Below the pieces are notes generated by a model, which saw only the letters and a program-made list of their open reading frames with translations, searched no databases and was not told the DNA's origin. DNA of 36,569 bases. Source: Candidatus Kapaibacterium sp. GTDB taxonomy: Bacteria; Bacteroidota; Ignavibacteria; Kapaibacteriales; Kapaibacteriaceae. Each line of letters starts with the position of its first letter. Positions within the stretch are counted from its first letter, which is position 1. Positions 9,374 to 17,485 of this stretch are shown piece after piece. Where the stretch lies: NCBI GenBank assembly GCA_025455735.1, contig JALOMA010000001.1, positions 1 through 36,569 on the forward strand, given 5' to 3'. The position numbers and the translations under genes were made by a program.

Positions 9374-10657
9374 TCAGGCTGACTGGTCCAGCACCTTGAG
9401 GACTTCATCGGCGATGGAAAAAGAGCCACAGATCAGGATGGGTGCATGCATCGAGAGTGCTTCCAGCATGGCTGCCCGAGGTGTACCCTCGTCCACAACG
9501 GCTCGAATACCTGCTTCCAATGCCATGGAAGCGAGGTGGTTCGAAGGAGTCGCACGATCGGAGTCCGATGCGCAGGCATATAGCGTTCCCACGGCTGGTT
9601 TGAGAGCGTGCAACATGGCGGGGACGTCCTTGTCGGCGAATGCACCGAAGATCACCTGCCACGATCCATCTGGATAACCGCATCGCCGTAGCGTAGTGAC
9701 GAGCATTGCCAGTCCAGCAGGATTGTGGGCAACATCGAGGACGATAGGGGGCTGACTCCTCAGCAGCTGAATTCGCCCTCGTTGCCCCGTATTTCGTCGC
9801 ACGTGCATGAGGCCATGACGAACGTGATCGGCAGTGATGTCATAGGCATCGGCGATCACTGGAATCGTGGCCATGACTGCGGCGACGTTCCTGGCCTGAT
9901 GCTCTCCGCAGAGGTCAGTGGTCACGTAGTCCAGACGATCGTCGCTGAGCACACTGACGGTCATGGAAAGGTCTGGATGGAACGTATCTACCTCCACTCG
10001 CATGGCGTCATCGACAAATTGGAGAGGGGCCCCGACCAACGCTGCGCGTTTCTCGAAGACACCTCGCAGCTGGGTTCTGGGTTCGGCTACTATTGCAGGA
10101 ACACCTGGTTTGATGATGCCAGCCTTTTCGCCAGCGATGGCGTCGAGGGTGGTTCCCAGATATTCCATGTGGTCGAAGTCAATGGACGTGATCACGGAGG
10201 CCAATGGAGAAATCACGTTGGTAGCATCCAATCGACCGCCCAAGCCTGTTTCAATAATCGCAACATCCACGCGGTTGGCGGCAAACCACTGGAGGGCCAT
10301 CACGGTGGTTATCTCGAAGAATGTTCCGCCAATGCGTTCTGCCTCTTCAAGCAAGGGGGCCGCCAGCGTAGCAAGGGTATCGTCGTCGATGTCGGCGCTG
10401 TTGATGCGCATGCGCTCATTGAATCGCCGAAGATGCGGCGAGGTATACAATCCGGTTTTGTAACCGGCCGCCATAAACACGGAAGCCAACATGGAACATG
10501 TGGAACCTTTGCCATTCGTTCCTGCCACATGGATGGCAGGAAGGTGGTGATGTGGGTTGCCCACCACGTCGAGCAGGTGTTCCGTACGTTCAAGACCAGG
10601 TTTGATGCCAGCAGTCGTTCGGGCAAAGAGTCTATCGAGAAGGGGTTGAAGGGACAT
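9374..10657 (-). CDS. folC: Folylpolyglutamate synthase / dihydrofolate synthase (Mur ligase family)
   Basis: Motifs present: P-loop HVAGTNGKGST, DVAIIETGLGGRLDATNV, and a Mur-ligase C-terminal domain. The start is set at MSLQPLLDRL (ATG 10657), just after the rpsA terminator. Confidence 0.9.
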   Translation of the reverse strand: MSLQPLLDRLFARTTAGIKPGLERTEHLLDVVGNPHHHLPAIHVAGTNGKGSTCSMLASVFMAAGYKTGLYTSPHLRRFNERMRINSADIDDDTLATLAAPLLEEAERIGGTFFEITTVMALQWFAANRVDVAIIETGLGGRLDATNVISPLASVITSIDFDHMEYLGTTLDAIAGEKAGIIKPGVPAIVAEPRTQLRGVFEKRAALVGAPLQFVDDAMRVEVDTFHPDLSMTVSVLSDDRLDYVTTDLCGEHQARNVAAVMATIPVIADAYDITADHVRHGLMHVRRNTGQRGRIQLLRSQPPIVLDVAHNPAGLAMLVTTLRRCGYPDGSWQVIFGAFADKDVPAMLHALKPAVGTLYACASDSDRATPSNHLASMALEAGIRAVVDEGTPRAAMLEALSMHAPILICGSFSIADEVLKVLDQSA

Positions 10658-10658
10658 G

Positions 10659-10704
10659 CCACAAAAATAGAACACCCCAGCGCACCTTGTGGCGCGCTGG
10701 GGTG
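10659..10704 (-). terminator. Rho-independent terminator downstream of rpsA
   Basis: The minus-strand RNA reads CACCCCAGCGCGCC-ACAA-GGUGCGCUGGGGUG. That is 11 perfect GC-rich bp plus 3 more, with a tetraloop, followed by UUCUAUUUUUGUGG. It starts 22 nt after the rpsA stop. Confidence 0.8.
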
Positions 10705-10726
10705 TGGAATGGTCGGTGACGTGTGC

Positions 10727-12574
10727 TTAGGCGCTGGCGCCGTCGACGGATGTCGAGTCTTCCAGGTCTTCGATCGTTGTCTCTGCCGAAGCCGTGCCGT
10801 CTTCGTTGTACTTGTCGGCGTTCGGCACGGGGTGGTTCGTATTGTAGGCAGCGATGACGTCGGCCGACTTACCGCGGAGGAATTCTACGGCACTCAGCAC
10901 GATTTTCTTTTGCTCCTTGTCGAACTCGACGACTTTCAGGCCGAGGCGGTCGCCAGGGTTGAAGAAGTCGGCGATGTTGCGAACTGGCGCAAAGGACAGC
11001 TGGGATACGGGAACGAAGCCTTCAACACCTTCGGGCATTTCAACGATGACGCCCTTATCGATGATGCGCGCAATCGTGCCTTCGGTTTCGCGGCCAATTG
11101 TGTATTCGTTCTCGAAGACGTCCCATGGGTTCTCGCTGATCTGCTTGTGACCCAACGAGATCCGACGGTGTTCGGAGTCGATGGCAAGAACGATGACGTC
11201 GAGTTCATCACCCTTCTTCACGAACTCACCGGGGTGGCGGATCTTCTTCGTCCACGATAGGTCGCTGATGTGAACCAATCCATCAACACCGGGTTCGAGT
11301 TCGACGAAGACGCCAAAGTTTGTCAGGTTGCGAACCGTACCCTTATGGTTGGAGTTCATAGGATACTTGGCCATGAGATCGTTCCATGGATCTGGTTCGA
11401 GCTGCTTCATGCCCAGGGCGAGCTTGCGTTCGCCCTTGTCGATGTTCAGGACGACAGCTTCGATTTGTTGGCCGAGCGAAACAACCTGTGACGGGTGCTT
11501 GACGTGTTGTGTCCACGACATTTCGGAGATGTGGATCAACCCTTCCACACCCTTTTCAATTTCAATGAATGCGCCATAGTCCGTGAGGGAGACAACCTTG
11601 CCGCTGACGCGTGTGCCTGGCTCGTACTTCTCGCCGATCTGTTCCCAGGGGTGGGACGTCAGCTGTTTCATGCCAAGCGAAATACGCTTGCGGTTTTCGT
11701 CGAAATCAAGAACAACGACCTTGACTTGTTGGTCAAGCTGCACGATTTCGGACGGATGCGTAACGCGGCCCCATGAGAGGTCCGTGATGTGTACCAGACC
11801 GTCGACGCCACCAAGGTCGACGAAGACACCGAAGTCCGAGATGGCCTTGACGGTACCTTCGAGGACGAGACCCTTTTCGAGCGTTCCAAGGATGCGGGAG
11901 CGCTGTTCGGCAAGTTGTTCTTCGAGGAGTACCTTGTGCGAGACGACGACATTTTCGCTGGGGTGATTGACCTTGACGACGCGGATGTCGATCGTGCGAC
12001 CTACCCATGCATCAAAATCGCGTACTGGGCGAACGTCGATCTGTGAACCAGGCAAGAAGGCTTCGATGCCAAGAAGGTCGACAACCATGCCGCCCTTGAT
12101 TCGGCGCAGGATACGAACGGGCTCTACCTTTTGTGTTTCGGCAAGCTTGAGAATGTCTTCCCATGTCTTCATGAAGTCGGCGCGGCGGCGGCTCAACATC
12201 AGGCGACCTTGGGCATCTTCGATCTTCTCAACGAAGACATCGACGTCGTCACCAACGGCGAGCAACTCTGCGCCAACAAATTCAGCACGTGGTACAACGC
12301 CAAGAGACTTGAAGCCGATGTCGACAAGGATTTCGTCCTTAGTAACGGACACTACCTTGCCCTTGACCATTTCGTCTTCCTTGACCCGGCTGATCGTACG
12401 CTCTAACATTTTCTCGAACGTGTCCGTGTCCATCGACGTTGTATCCAGCTCGCCAGCAAGGATGGCTGCCAAGGCTGTAGCACGCTTGGGTTGGTCGGAA
12501 CGTGTGGACGCAACCGTTGCAGCTACGGCCTCCATGGATGCATCCTCGGATGCGGCTGACAGGGAATCAGACAT
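10727..12574 (-). CDS. rpsA: 30S ribosomal protein S1 (six S1/OB repeats)
   Basis: It carries repeated S1 motifs (GKVVSVTKDEILVDIGFKS, GTVKAISDFGVFVDLGGVDGLVHITDLSW, GKVVSLTDYGAFIEIEKGVEGLIHISEMSW and others). The start is set at MSDSLSAAS (ATG 12574), which is preceded by GGAG. The 93-codon upstream extension of the ORF track is not S1-like. Confidence 0.95.
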   Translation of the reverse strand: MSDSLSAASEDASMEAVAATVASTRSDQPKRATALAAILAGELDTTSMDTDTFEKMLERTISRVKEDEMVKGKVVSVTKDEILVDIGFKSLGVVPRAEFVGAELLAVGDDVDVFVEKIEDAQGRLMLSRRRADFMKTWEDILKLAETQKVEPVRILRRIKGGMVVDLLGIEAFLPGSQIDVRPVRDFDAWVGRTIDIRVVKVNHPSENVVVSHKVLLEEQLAEQRSRILGTLEKGLVLEGTVKAISDFGVFVDLGGVDGLVHITDLSWGRVTHPSEIVQLDQQVKVVVLDFDENRKRISLGMKQLTSHPWEQIGEKYEPGTRVSGKVVSLTDYGAFIEIEKGVEGLIHISEMSWTQHVKHPSQVVSLGQQIEAVVLNIDKGERKLALGMKQLEPDPWNDLMAKYPMNSNHKGTVRNLTNFGVFVELEPGVDGLVHISDLSWTKKIRHPGEFVKKGDELDVIVLAIDSEHRRISLGHKQISENPWDVFENEYTIGRETEGTIARIIDKGVIVEMPEGVEGFVPVSQLSFAPVRNIADFFNPGDRLGLKVVEFDKEQKKIVLSAVEFLRGKSADVIAAYNTNHPVPNADKYNEDGTASAETTIEDLEDSTSVDGASA

Positions 12575-12662
12575 AAAGAACTCCAACACCACCTGTTGAT
12601 GCGCCCCATCAACAACATGATGGTTCAGGGGATTGTGGAACAATCGGGGCGATGCAAGGCGG

Positions 12663-12670
12663 CAAAGATA
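12663..12670 (-). promoter_or_regulatory. Candidate Bacteroidota-type -7 promoter box (TATCTTTG = TAnnTTTG) for rpsA
   Basis: The minus strand reads TTTTTTCACTATCTTTGCC about 90 nt upstream of the rpsA ATG. No clean -33 TTTG was seen. Confidence 0.25.
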
Positions 12671-12834
12671 GTGAAAAAAGAATGTTGGGCCGTTGGTGGG
12701 TGTGGAAACTTCGTAGCGCCATTGTTGGCCTTGTTGGCACAATTGGCACGATTTTGGTGTAACTCTTTTGGCAGAATCGATGTTCTCACTGTCAGGTGCC
12801 ACAGTGGCACCGTGAAGAAGAAAGGGCATTGGCC

Positions 12835-13083
12835 ATGGAATACTTTGATGCATTCGACGAAGTATTTGCTTCGATCGACCGATACGTTCAGGAACATGGT
12901 GCGCCGCCGCATGAGATTGTGGTTTCGCCAGCGCTATACATGTGGCTTGCTGACTTGCAGCGGGAAGAAAGTACCTTGCATGGTATCGACATTACGGACC
13001 CCGTCCTGCTTGAGACGCCGCATGGCAACGTGCGAATTGTGATCGACGAAACGATGTCGCCATACGACGTTCTTGCCCAATAA
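12835..13083 (+). CDS. Small hypothetical protein (82 aa), no family recognised
   Basis: MEYFDAFDEVFASIDRYVQEHGAPPHEIVVSPALYMWLADLQREESTLHGIDITDPVLLETPHGNVRIVIDETMSPYDVLAQ. The composition looks globular and the codon usage resembles neighbouring genes. It occupies an otherwise empty gap divergent from rpsA. Confidence 0.55.
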   Translation: MEYFDAFDEVFASIDRYVQEHGAPPHEIVVSPALYMWLADLQREESTLHGIDITDPVLLETPHGNVRIVIDETMSPYDVLAQ

Positions 13084-13132
13084 CACGATGATTCGCCGGC
13101 TCACCAGCGGAATTGCTATTTTGCCGCTCTTC

Positions 13133-13206
13133 GCGCCCGTAGCTCAGCTGGATAGAGCAGCAGCCTTCTAAGCTGTAGGTCGCAGGTTCGAATCCTGCCG
13201 GGCGCG
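13133..13206 (+). tRNA. tRNA-Arg, anticodon TCT (UCU)
   Basis: Manual cloverleaf: acceptor GCGCCCG/CGGGCGC, D arm GCTC-AGCTGGATA-GAGC, anticodon arm GCAGC-CTTCTAA-GCTGT, variable AGGTC, T arm GCAGG-TTCGAAT-CCTGC, discriminator G. CCA is not encoded. Confidence 0.9.
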
Positions 13207-13232
13207 CATCATCGATGTTCAGTGCGTAGCCC

Positions 13233-14522
13233 ATGAATCCAGCATATATGTCGGGCTTCGGCAACGAGTTTGCCACCGAAGCCGTCCCGGGAGCCCTTCC
13301 CCACGGGCAGAATTCTCCCCAGAAACCAGCATTCGGCCTCTATGCCGAACAACTGAGTGGTACTCCCTTCACGGCACCACGCCATGGCAACAAACGAACC
13401 TGGCTGTATCGTATTCGGCCAAGTGTTGTTCATAGGCCATACGAGCGCATTGACAACGGGCTTGTGCGGTCCACGCCCTTCGATGAAGTTCCACCGACGC
13501 CGAATCAGCTGCGCTGGTCGCCGGTTGCAATTCCCGCCAACGCTACGACGTGGCTGGAAGGACTGCGCACCGTTGGGGGGAATGGCGATGCATCTACGCA
13601 CAGTGGCGTAGCCATCCATGTCTATGTGGCGAACGCCTCCATGACGGACACGTTCTTTTACAATGCCGACGGTGAATTGCTGATTGTTCCGCAAGAAGGG
13701 GCCCTGCGGTTCCTGACGGAAATGGGCATCATCGATGCGGCCCCGGGCGAGATCGTTGTTATTCCGCGAGGCGTCAAGTTCCGCGTAGAAGTCTCTGGGC
13801 CAGTGAGAGGCTATGTTCTGGAGAACTATGGAGCCCTGCTTCGGCTACCCGATCTTGGCCCCATCGGTGCCAATGGATTGGCCTATCCACGCGACTTCCT
13901 TACGCCTGAAGCATGGTTTGAAGAGCGCCACGAAGAAGTGTTCGTTGTACAGAAGTTTCTTGGCAATCTCTGGCGTGGCGTGTACAACCACTCGCCGCTC
14001 AACGTTGTTGCATGGCATGGAAACTACGCCCCCTACAAGTATGATCTGAGTTTGTTCCAGTGCATCAATACAGTCACGTTCGATCACCCGGACCCCTCGA
14101 TCTACACCGTCCTGACCAGCCCGAGCGAGATCCCTGGTACGGCCAATATGGACTTCGTCATCTTCCCACCCCGATGGATGGTTGCTGAGAAGACCTTCCG
14201 TCCACCCTGGTTCCACCGAAACTTCATGAACGAGTTCATGGGGCTCATACACGGTGTCTATGATGCCAAAGAAGGTGGCGGTTTTGTACCGGGTGGCATG
14301 AGCTTGCATAACTGCATGGCGGGACACGGTCCCGATGCCGATACGTACAAACGCATGACGGAGGCAGAATTAAAGCCCGTGAAGTTGGAATCCACTCTTG
14401 CCTTCATGTTTGAAACGCGCTTTGCAGTGCGCCCAACCGCATGGGCGATGGACTGTTCAGAATTGCAGAATGACTATTGGGAATGCTGGCAAGGATTGAA
14501 TCCTGAGTTCACACGTCCGTAA
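13233..14522 (+). CDS. hmgA: Homogentisate 1,2-dioxygenase
   Basis: Characteristic blocks are present: [44 protein letters not shown] and [12 protein letters not shown]. The length is 429 aa. Confidence 0.92.
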   Translation: MNPAYMSGFGNEFATEAVPGALPHGQNSPQKPAFGLYAEQLSGTPFTAPRHGNKRTWLYRIRPSVVHRPYERIDNGLVRSTPFDEVPPTPNQLRWSPVAIPANATTWLEGLRTVGGNGDASTHSGVAIHVYVANASMTDTFFYNADGELLIVPQEGALRFLTEMGIIDAAPGEIVVIPRGVKFRVEVSGPVRGYVLENYGALLRLPDLGPIGANGLAYPRDFLTPEAWFEERHEEVFVVQKFLGNLWRGVYNHSPLNVVAWHGNYAPYKYDLSLFQCINTVTFDHPDPSIYTVLTSPSEIPGTANMDFVIFPPRWMVAEKTFRPPWFHRNFMNEFMGLIHGVYDAKEGGGFVPGGMSLHNCMAGHGPDADTYKRMTEAELKPVKLESTLAFMFETRFAVRPTAWAMDCSELQNDYWECWQGLNPEFTRP

Positions 14523-14586
14523 TTCACGAGCCTTTTTGTATGTTTGTGGCCCGCTCAAACACGAGCACTAACACAACGAGAGTAAC

Positions 14587-14682
14587 GGCCAAGTCCCGTG
14601 CGGTCGTCGCAGGCCCAACCCCGCCAGGTCCGGAAGGAAGCAACGGTCAGTTTGTCGGCGAAGCGCCACGGTCAACTTGGCC
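14587..14682 (+). ncRNA. ffs: Signal recognition particle RNA, small (4.5S) type
   Basis: It contains the universally conserved domain IV string CAGGTCCGGAAGGAAGCA (GGAA tetraloop). The ends pair as GGCCAAGT/ACTTGGCC, followed by CCGTG/CACGG, giving one long hairpin. TTTCTTTTT follows. The exact 5' and 3' ends are uncertain by a few nt. Confidence 0.85.
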
Positions 14683-14718
14683 TTTCTTTTTGTTCACCCG
14701 GCCGCTCGGAAATCGATC

Positions 14719-16314
14719 ATGATCCGACGGATACTGATTAATGCTACATCGGCAACCACACGGATTGCCATCACCGAAGACGGGCGATTGGTTGAGCTGT
14801 TCACCGAAGCCCCAGAGTCGGACTCCCACGTTGGTAACATCTACCTTGGCAAGGTGACGAAGATCCTGCAGGGGATGAATGCTGCCTTCGTAGACATTGG
14901 TTTGGAGCAGGATGCCTTCTTGCATTTCAGTGATGTTGACCAGACCATGGAAGAAGGGGACGACGATATTGACGAGGAAGAACGTCCACTTACGACGCAG
15001 GTTGACAGTGTTGATGTTGCACTGAGAAACGCCAAAATTGCCCCCAAAAAACGGCTCCCCACCTTCAGCACGAAGCGTGCTGGCGAAATCACGATCAACC
15101 TACAGGCGAAACAACCCGTTATCGTTCAGGTGACCCGCGATGCCTATGGCTCCAAAGGTGTCCGCGTTACCACAAAGGTTGGCCTTCCAGGACGTAACGT
15201 CGTATTGCTTCCCTTCGATGCCAATGCGGGAGTGTCTCGTAAAATCGCATCGCAACGCGAACGCCGAAGGCTCCGTTTGCTTGCCCGTGCCATCCTGCCC
15301 GAAGACATGGGATGCATCATCCGAACAGCCGCATCCGGCTTGGAAGAAGAGGACGTTCGCGCAGACTTCGAATTCCTCCTGGAACAATGGCAGGATATTG
15401 AACGGGTCGTTAAAAAGGCCAAAGGCCCAACCTTACTTTATCGCGAGCCGGGGCTGACGTACAGCGTCATCCGTGACCTTTTCACTGATGGCACCGAGAC
15501 GGTCATGGTGGACGACCGGAAGGTATACCGTGAGATCAAGAACTACCTCGCACGGTCGGCTCCAGAGCTTGAATCGAAAATCGAGCTCTATACTGACAAT
15601 CGTCCACTGTTCGACACCTACAAGATTGAACGAGACGTCGAATACACACACGCCAGAACCGTACCGCTACAGTCGGGTGGGTCGATCGTTATCGACCATA
15701 CTGAGGCCATGGTGGTCATCGACGTGAATTCCGGACGTGCAACCAACGAGCGCTCCCAAGAAGGGAATGCTGTGAAAACGAACTTCGAAGCCGTTCGGGA
15801 AGTGGCCAAGCAGATACGCCTGCGGGATATCGGTGGAATGGTCCTCGTTGACTTTATCGACATGACGCACGAAGACAATCGCCGCAAGCTATATGCTGAA
15901 ATGAAACGCGAACTGGCGCTTGATCGGGCAAAAACCGTGTGTTATCCCGTTACCCAGTTGGGCCTGATGCAGATAACCCGGCAGCGTATCCGCAAGGCAA
16001 TTGCTGAACGAAGCAGCGAACAGTGCCCGCTGTGTGCTGGCACTGGTCGCGTCCAAAGTGCCGCTACTACCCTCACGGCCATCGACCGCTGGTTGCGCGC
16101 CTACCGAGCACGCACGTGGAGCCTAACCGTCACGGTTGCAGCCTCGCCCTTCATCATTCACCACATACGCCATAGTAGTGGTGCTACCGTCCTGCGGTGG
16201 CTGCGTACCTACTTCCTGTTCGTAAGACTGCGCGAAGATCCTTCGCTGGACCCCGGTGAATTCCGTTGTTTCGCAGGGGCTTCCTCCAAGGACATCACCC
16301 GCCACTACCTCTAA
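14719..16314 (+). CDS. rng: Ribonuclease G/E family endoribonuclease
   Basis: The start is at MIRRILINA. It has an S1 domain (GNIYLGKVTKILQGMNAAFVDIG), catalytic blocks (VVIDVNSG, IGGMVLVDFIDM) and a Zn-link (CPLCAGTGRV). Confidence 0.9.
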   Translation: MIRRILINATSATTRIAITEDGRLVELFTEAPESDSHVGNIYLGKVTKILQGMNAAFVDIGLEQDAFLHFSDVDQTMEEGDDDIDEEERPLTTQVDSVDVALRNAKIAPKKRLPTFSTKRAGEITINLQAKQPVIVQVTRDAYGSKGVRVTTKVGLPGRNVVLLPFDANAGVSRKIASQRERRRLRLLARAILPEDMGCIIRTAASGLEEEDVRADFEFLLEQWQDIERVVKKAKGPTLLYREPGLTYSVIRDLFTDGTETVMVDDRKVYREIKNYLARSAPELESKIELYTDNRPLFDTYKIERDVEYTHARTVPLQSGGSIVIDHTEAMVVIDVNSGRATNERSQEGNAVKTNFEAVREVAKQIRLRDIGGMVLVDFIDMTHEDNRRKLYAEMKRELALDRAKTVCYPVTQLGLMQITRQRIRKAIAERSSEQCPLCAGTGRVQSAATTLTAIDRWLRAYRARTWSLTVTVAASPFIIHHIRHSSGATVLRWLRTYFLFVRLREDPSLDPGEFRCFAGASSKDITRHYL

Positions 16315-16317
16315 CCT

Positions 16318-17478
16318 ATGGCTGCCCCCAGAACGATAACGATCTTAGGCTCGACAGGATCGATCGGCACCCAAACCCTCGACGTTATTGGGCGCCGATC
16401 GACGGAATATCAGGTGCGCTACCTGACATGCAACACGCGTGTTGATGACCTCGTGGCTCAAGCACGAGTGTTCCAGCCCTATGGAGTAGCTATCCGTGAA
16501 GAGTCCGCATGGAGGCGTTTTCAGGAGTTGTATCCCGACTTTGCAGGCCCCGTTCTTCGTGGCGAAGAGGGCTTGTGCGAGGCAGCGGCGGATGAACAAA
16601 ACGACGTCGTTCTGTCCGCAATGGTAGGTTTTTCCGGTGTGGTCCCAACAATGGCGGCCATTAGGTCCGGACACGTCATCGGCCTTGCCAACAAAGAAAC
16701 CCTCGTGAGTGCTGGTGCCATCATGACGGCCGCAGCACGTGCCCATGGTGCTACCCTTCTGGCCGTCGACTCGGAACATTCGGCAATCGCACAGTGCCTC
16801 GTTGGTGAACGCTTTTCGGACGTTGCACGGCTGATCATCACGGCCTCGGGCGGTCCATTCCGGTCGCTGCCCGCCAACGAGTTTCACGCCATCACGCCCG
16901 AGCGAGCGCTGCGACATCCGAATTGGTCCATGGGATCAAAGATCACCATTGACAGTGCCACCCTCATGAACAAAGGCTTCGAAGTCATCGAAGCCCGATG
17001 GCTATTCGATTTGCCTTCAGAAAAGATTGACGTCATCGTCCATCCCCAAAGCATCATTCATTCCATGGTGGAATTCGTCGATGGATCCGTCAAGGCACAA
17101 ATGGGCGTCCCATCAATGCTGGTGCCTATCCAATATGCCCTCACCTATCCGGTGAGGCTTCCATTGGACGTTCCATCGATGGATCTCGCGGCGATTGGAT
17201 CCTTGACGTTCGAAGCCGCCGATACGGAACGGTTTCCATGCCTTCGACTGGCATATGAAGCGCTCCGTACCGAAGGATCCGCTGCCTGCATCCTGAATGC
17301 AGCCAATGAAGTGGCCGTGGCTGCCTTTCTTGCTGGCGATTTGCCGTTTACGGGGATTGCCGAGGTGATTGCCCGAACCTTGGACCACATGGAAGTTGTT
17401 GCTCATCCGTCGTTGGACGACATCGTGGCCATTGACGGCGAAAGCCGTCGACGAGCAGCAGAATATCTATCGAATTGA
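16318..17478 (+). CDS. dxr: 1-deoxy-D-xylulose 5-phosphate reductoisomerase
   Basis: Motifs present: ILGSTGSIGTQTLDV, LANKE, DSEHSAI, ASGGPFR, HPNWSMG. Confidence 0.95.
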   Translation: MAAPRTITILGSTGSIGTQTLDVIGRRSTEYQVRYLTCNTRVDDLVAQARVFQPYGVAIREESAWRRFQELYPDFAGPVLRGEEGLCEAAADEQNDVVLSAMVGFSGVVPTMAAIRSGHVIGLANKETLVSAGAIMTAAARAHGATLLAVDSEHSAIAQCLVGERFSDVARLIITASGGPFRSLPANEFHAITPERALRHPNWSMGSKITIDSATLMNKGFEVIEARWLFDLPSEKIDVIVHPQSIIHSMVEFVDGSVKAQMGVPSMLVPIQYALTYPVRLPLDVPSMDLAAIGSLTFEAADTERFPCLRLAYEALRTEGSAACILNAANEVAVAAFLAGDLPFTGIAEVIARTLDHMEVVAHPSLDDIVAIDGESRRRAAEYLSN

Positions 17479-17485
17479 CACATCT

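Noticed and set aside
9725-11260. A 511-aa ORF on the plus strand spanning folC, the intergenic terminator and the 3' end of rpsA.
   Set aside because: It lies entirely antisense to two confidently identified genes and runs straight through a terminator hairpin. Its composition (G/V/D/H/R-rich) is low-complexity and typical of a shadow frame opposite GC-rich codons. No recognisable motifs are present.
13133-13206. tRNA-Arg as an integration hotspot flanking a genomic island.
   Set aside because: No integrase or mobility gene lies on either side. I could not spot a duplicated copy of the tRNA 3' end by eye. The flanking genes (rpsA, hmgA, ffs, rng) are core functions.
14540-14722. A 60-aa plus-strand ORF in the hmgA-rng gap.
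   Set aside because: It overlies the SRP RNA, whose conserved domain IV sequence and long closing helix explain the region. The peptide is low complexity.
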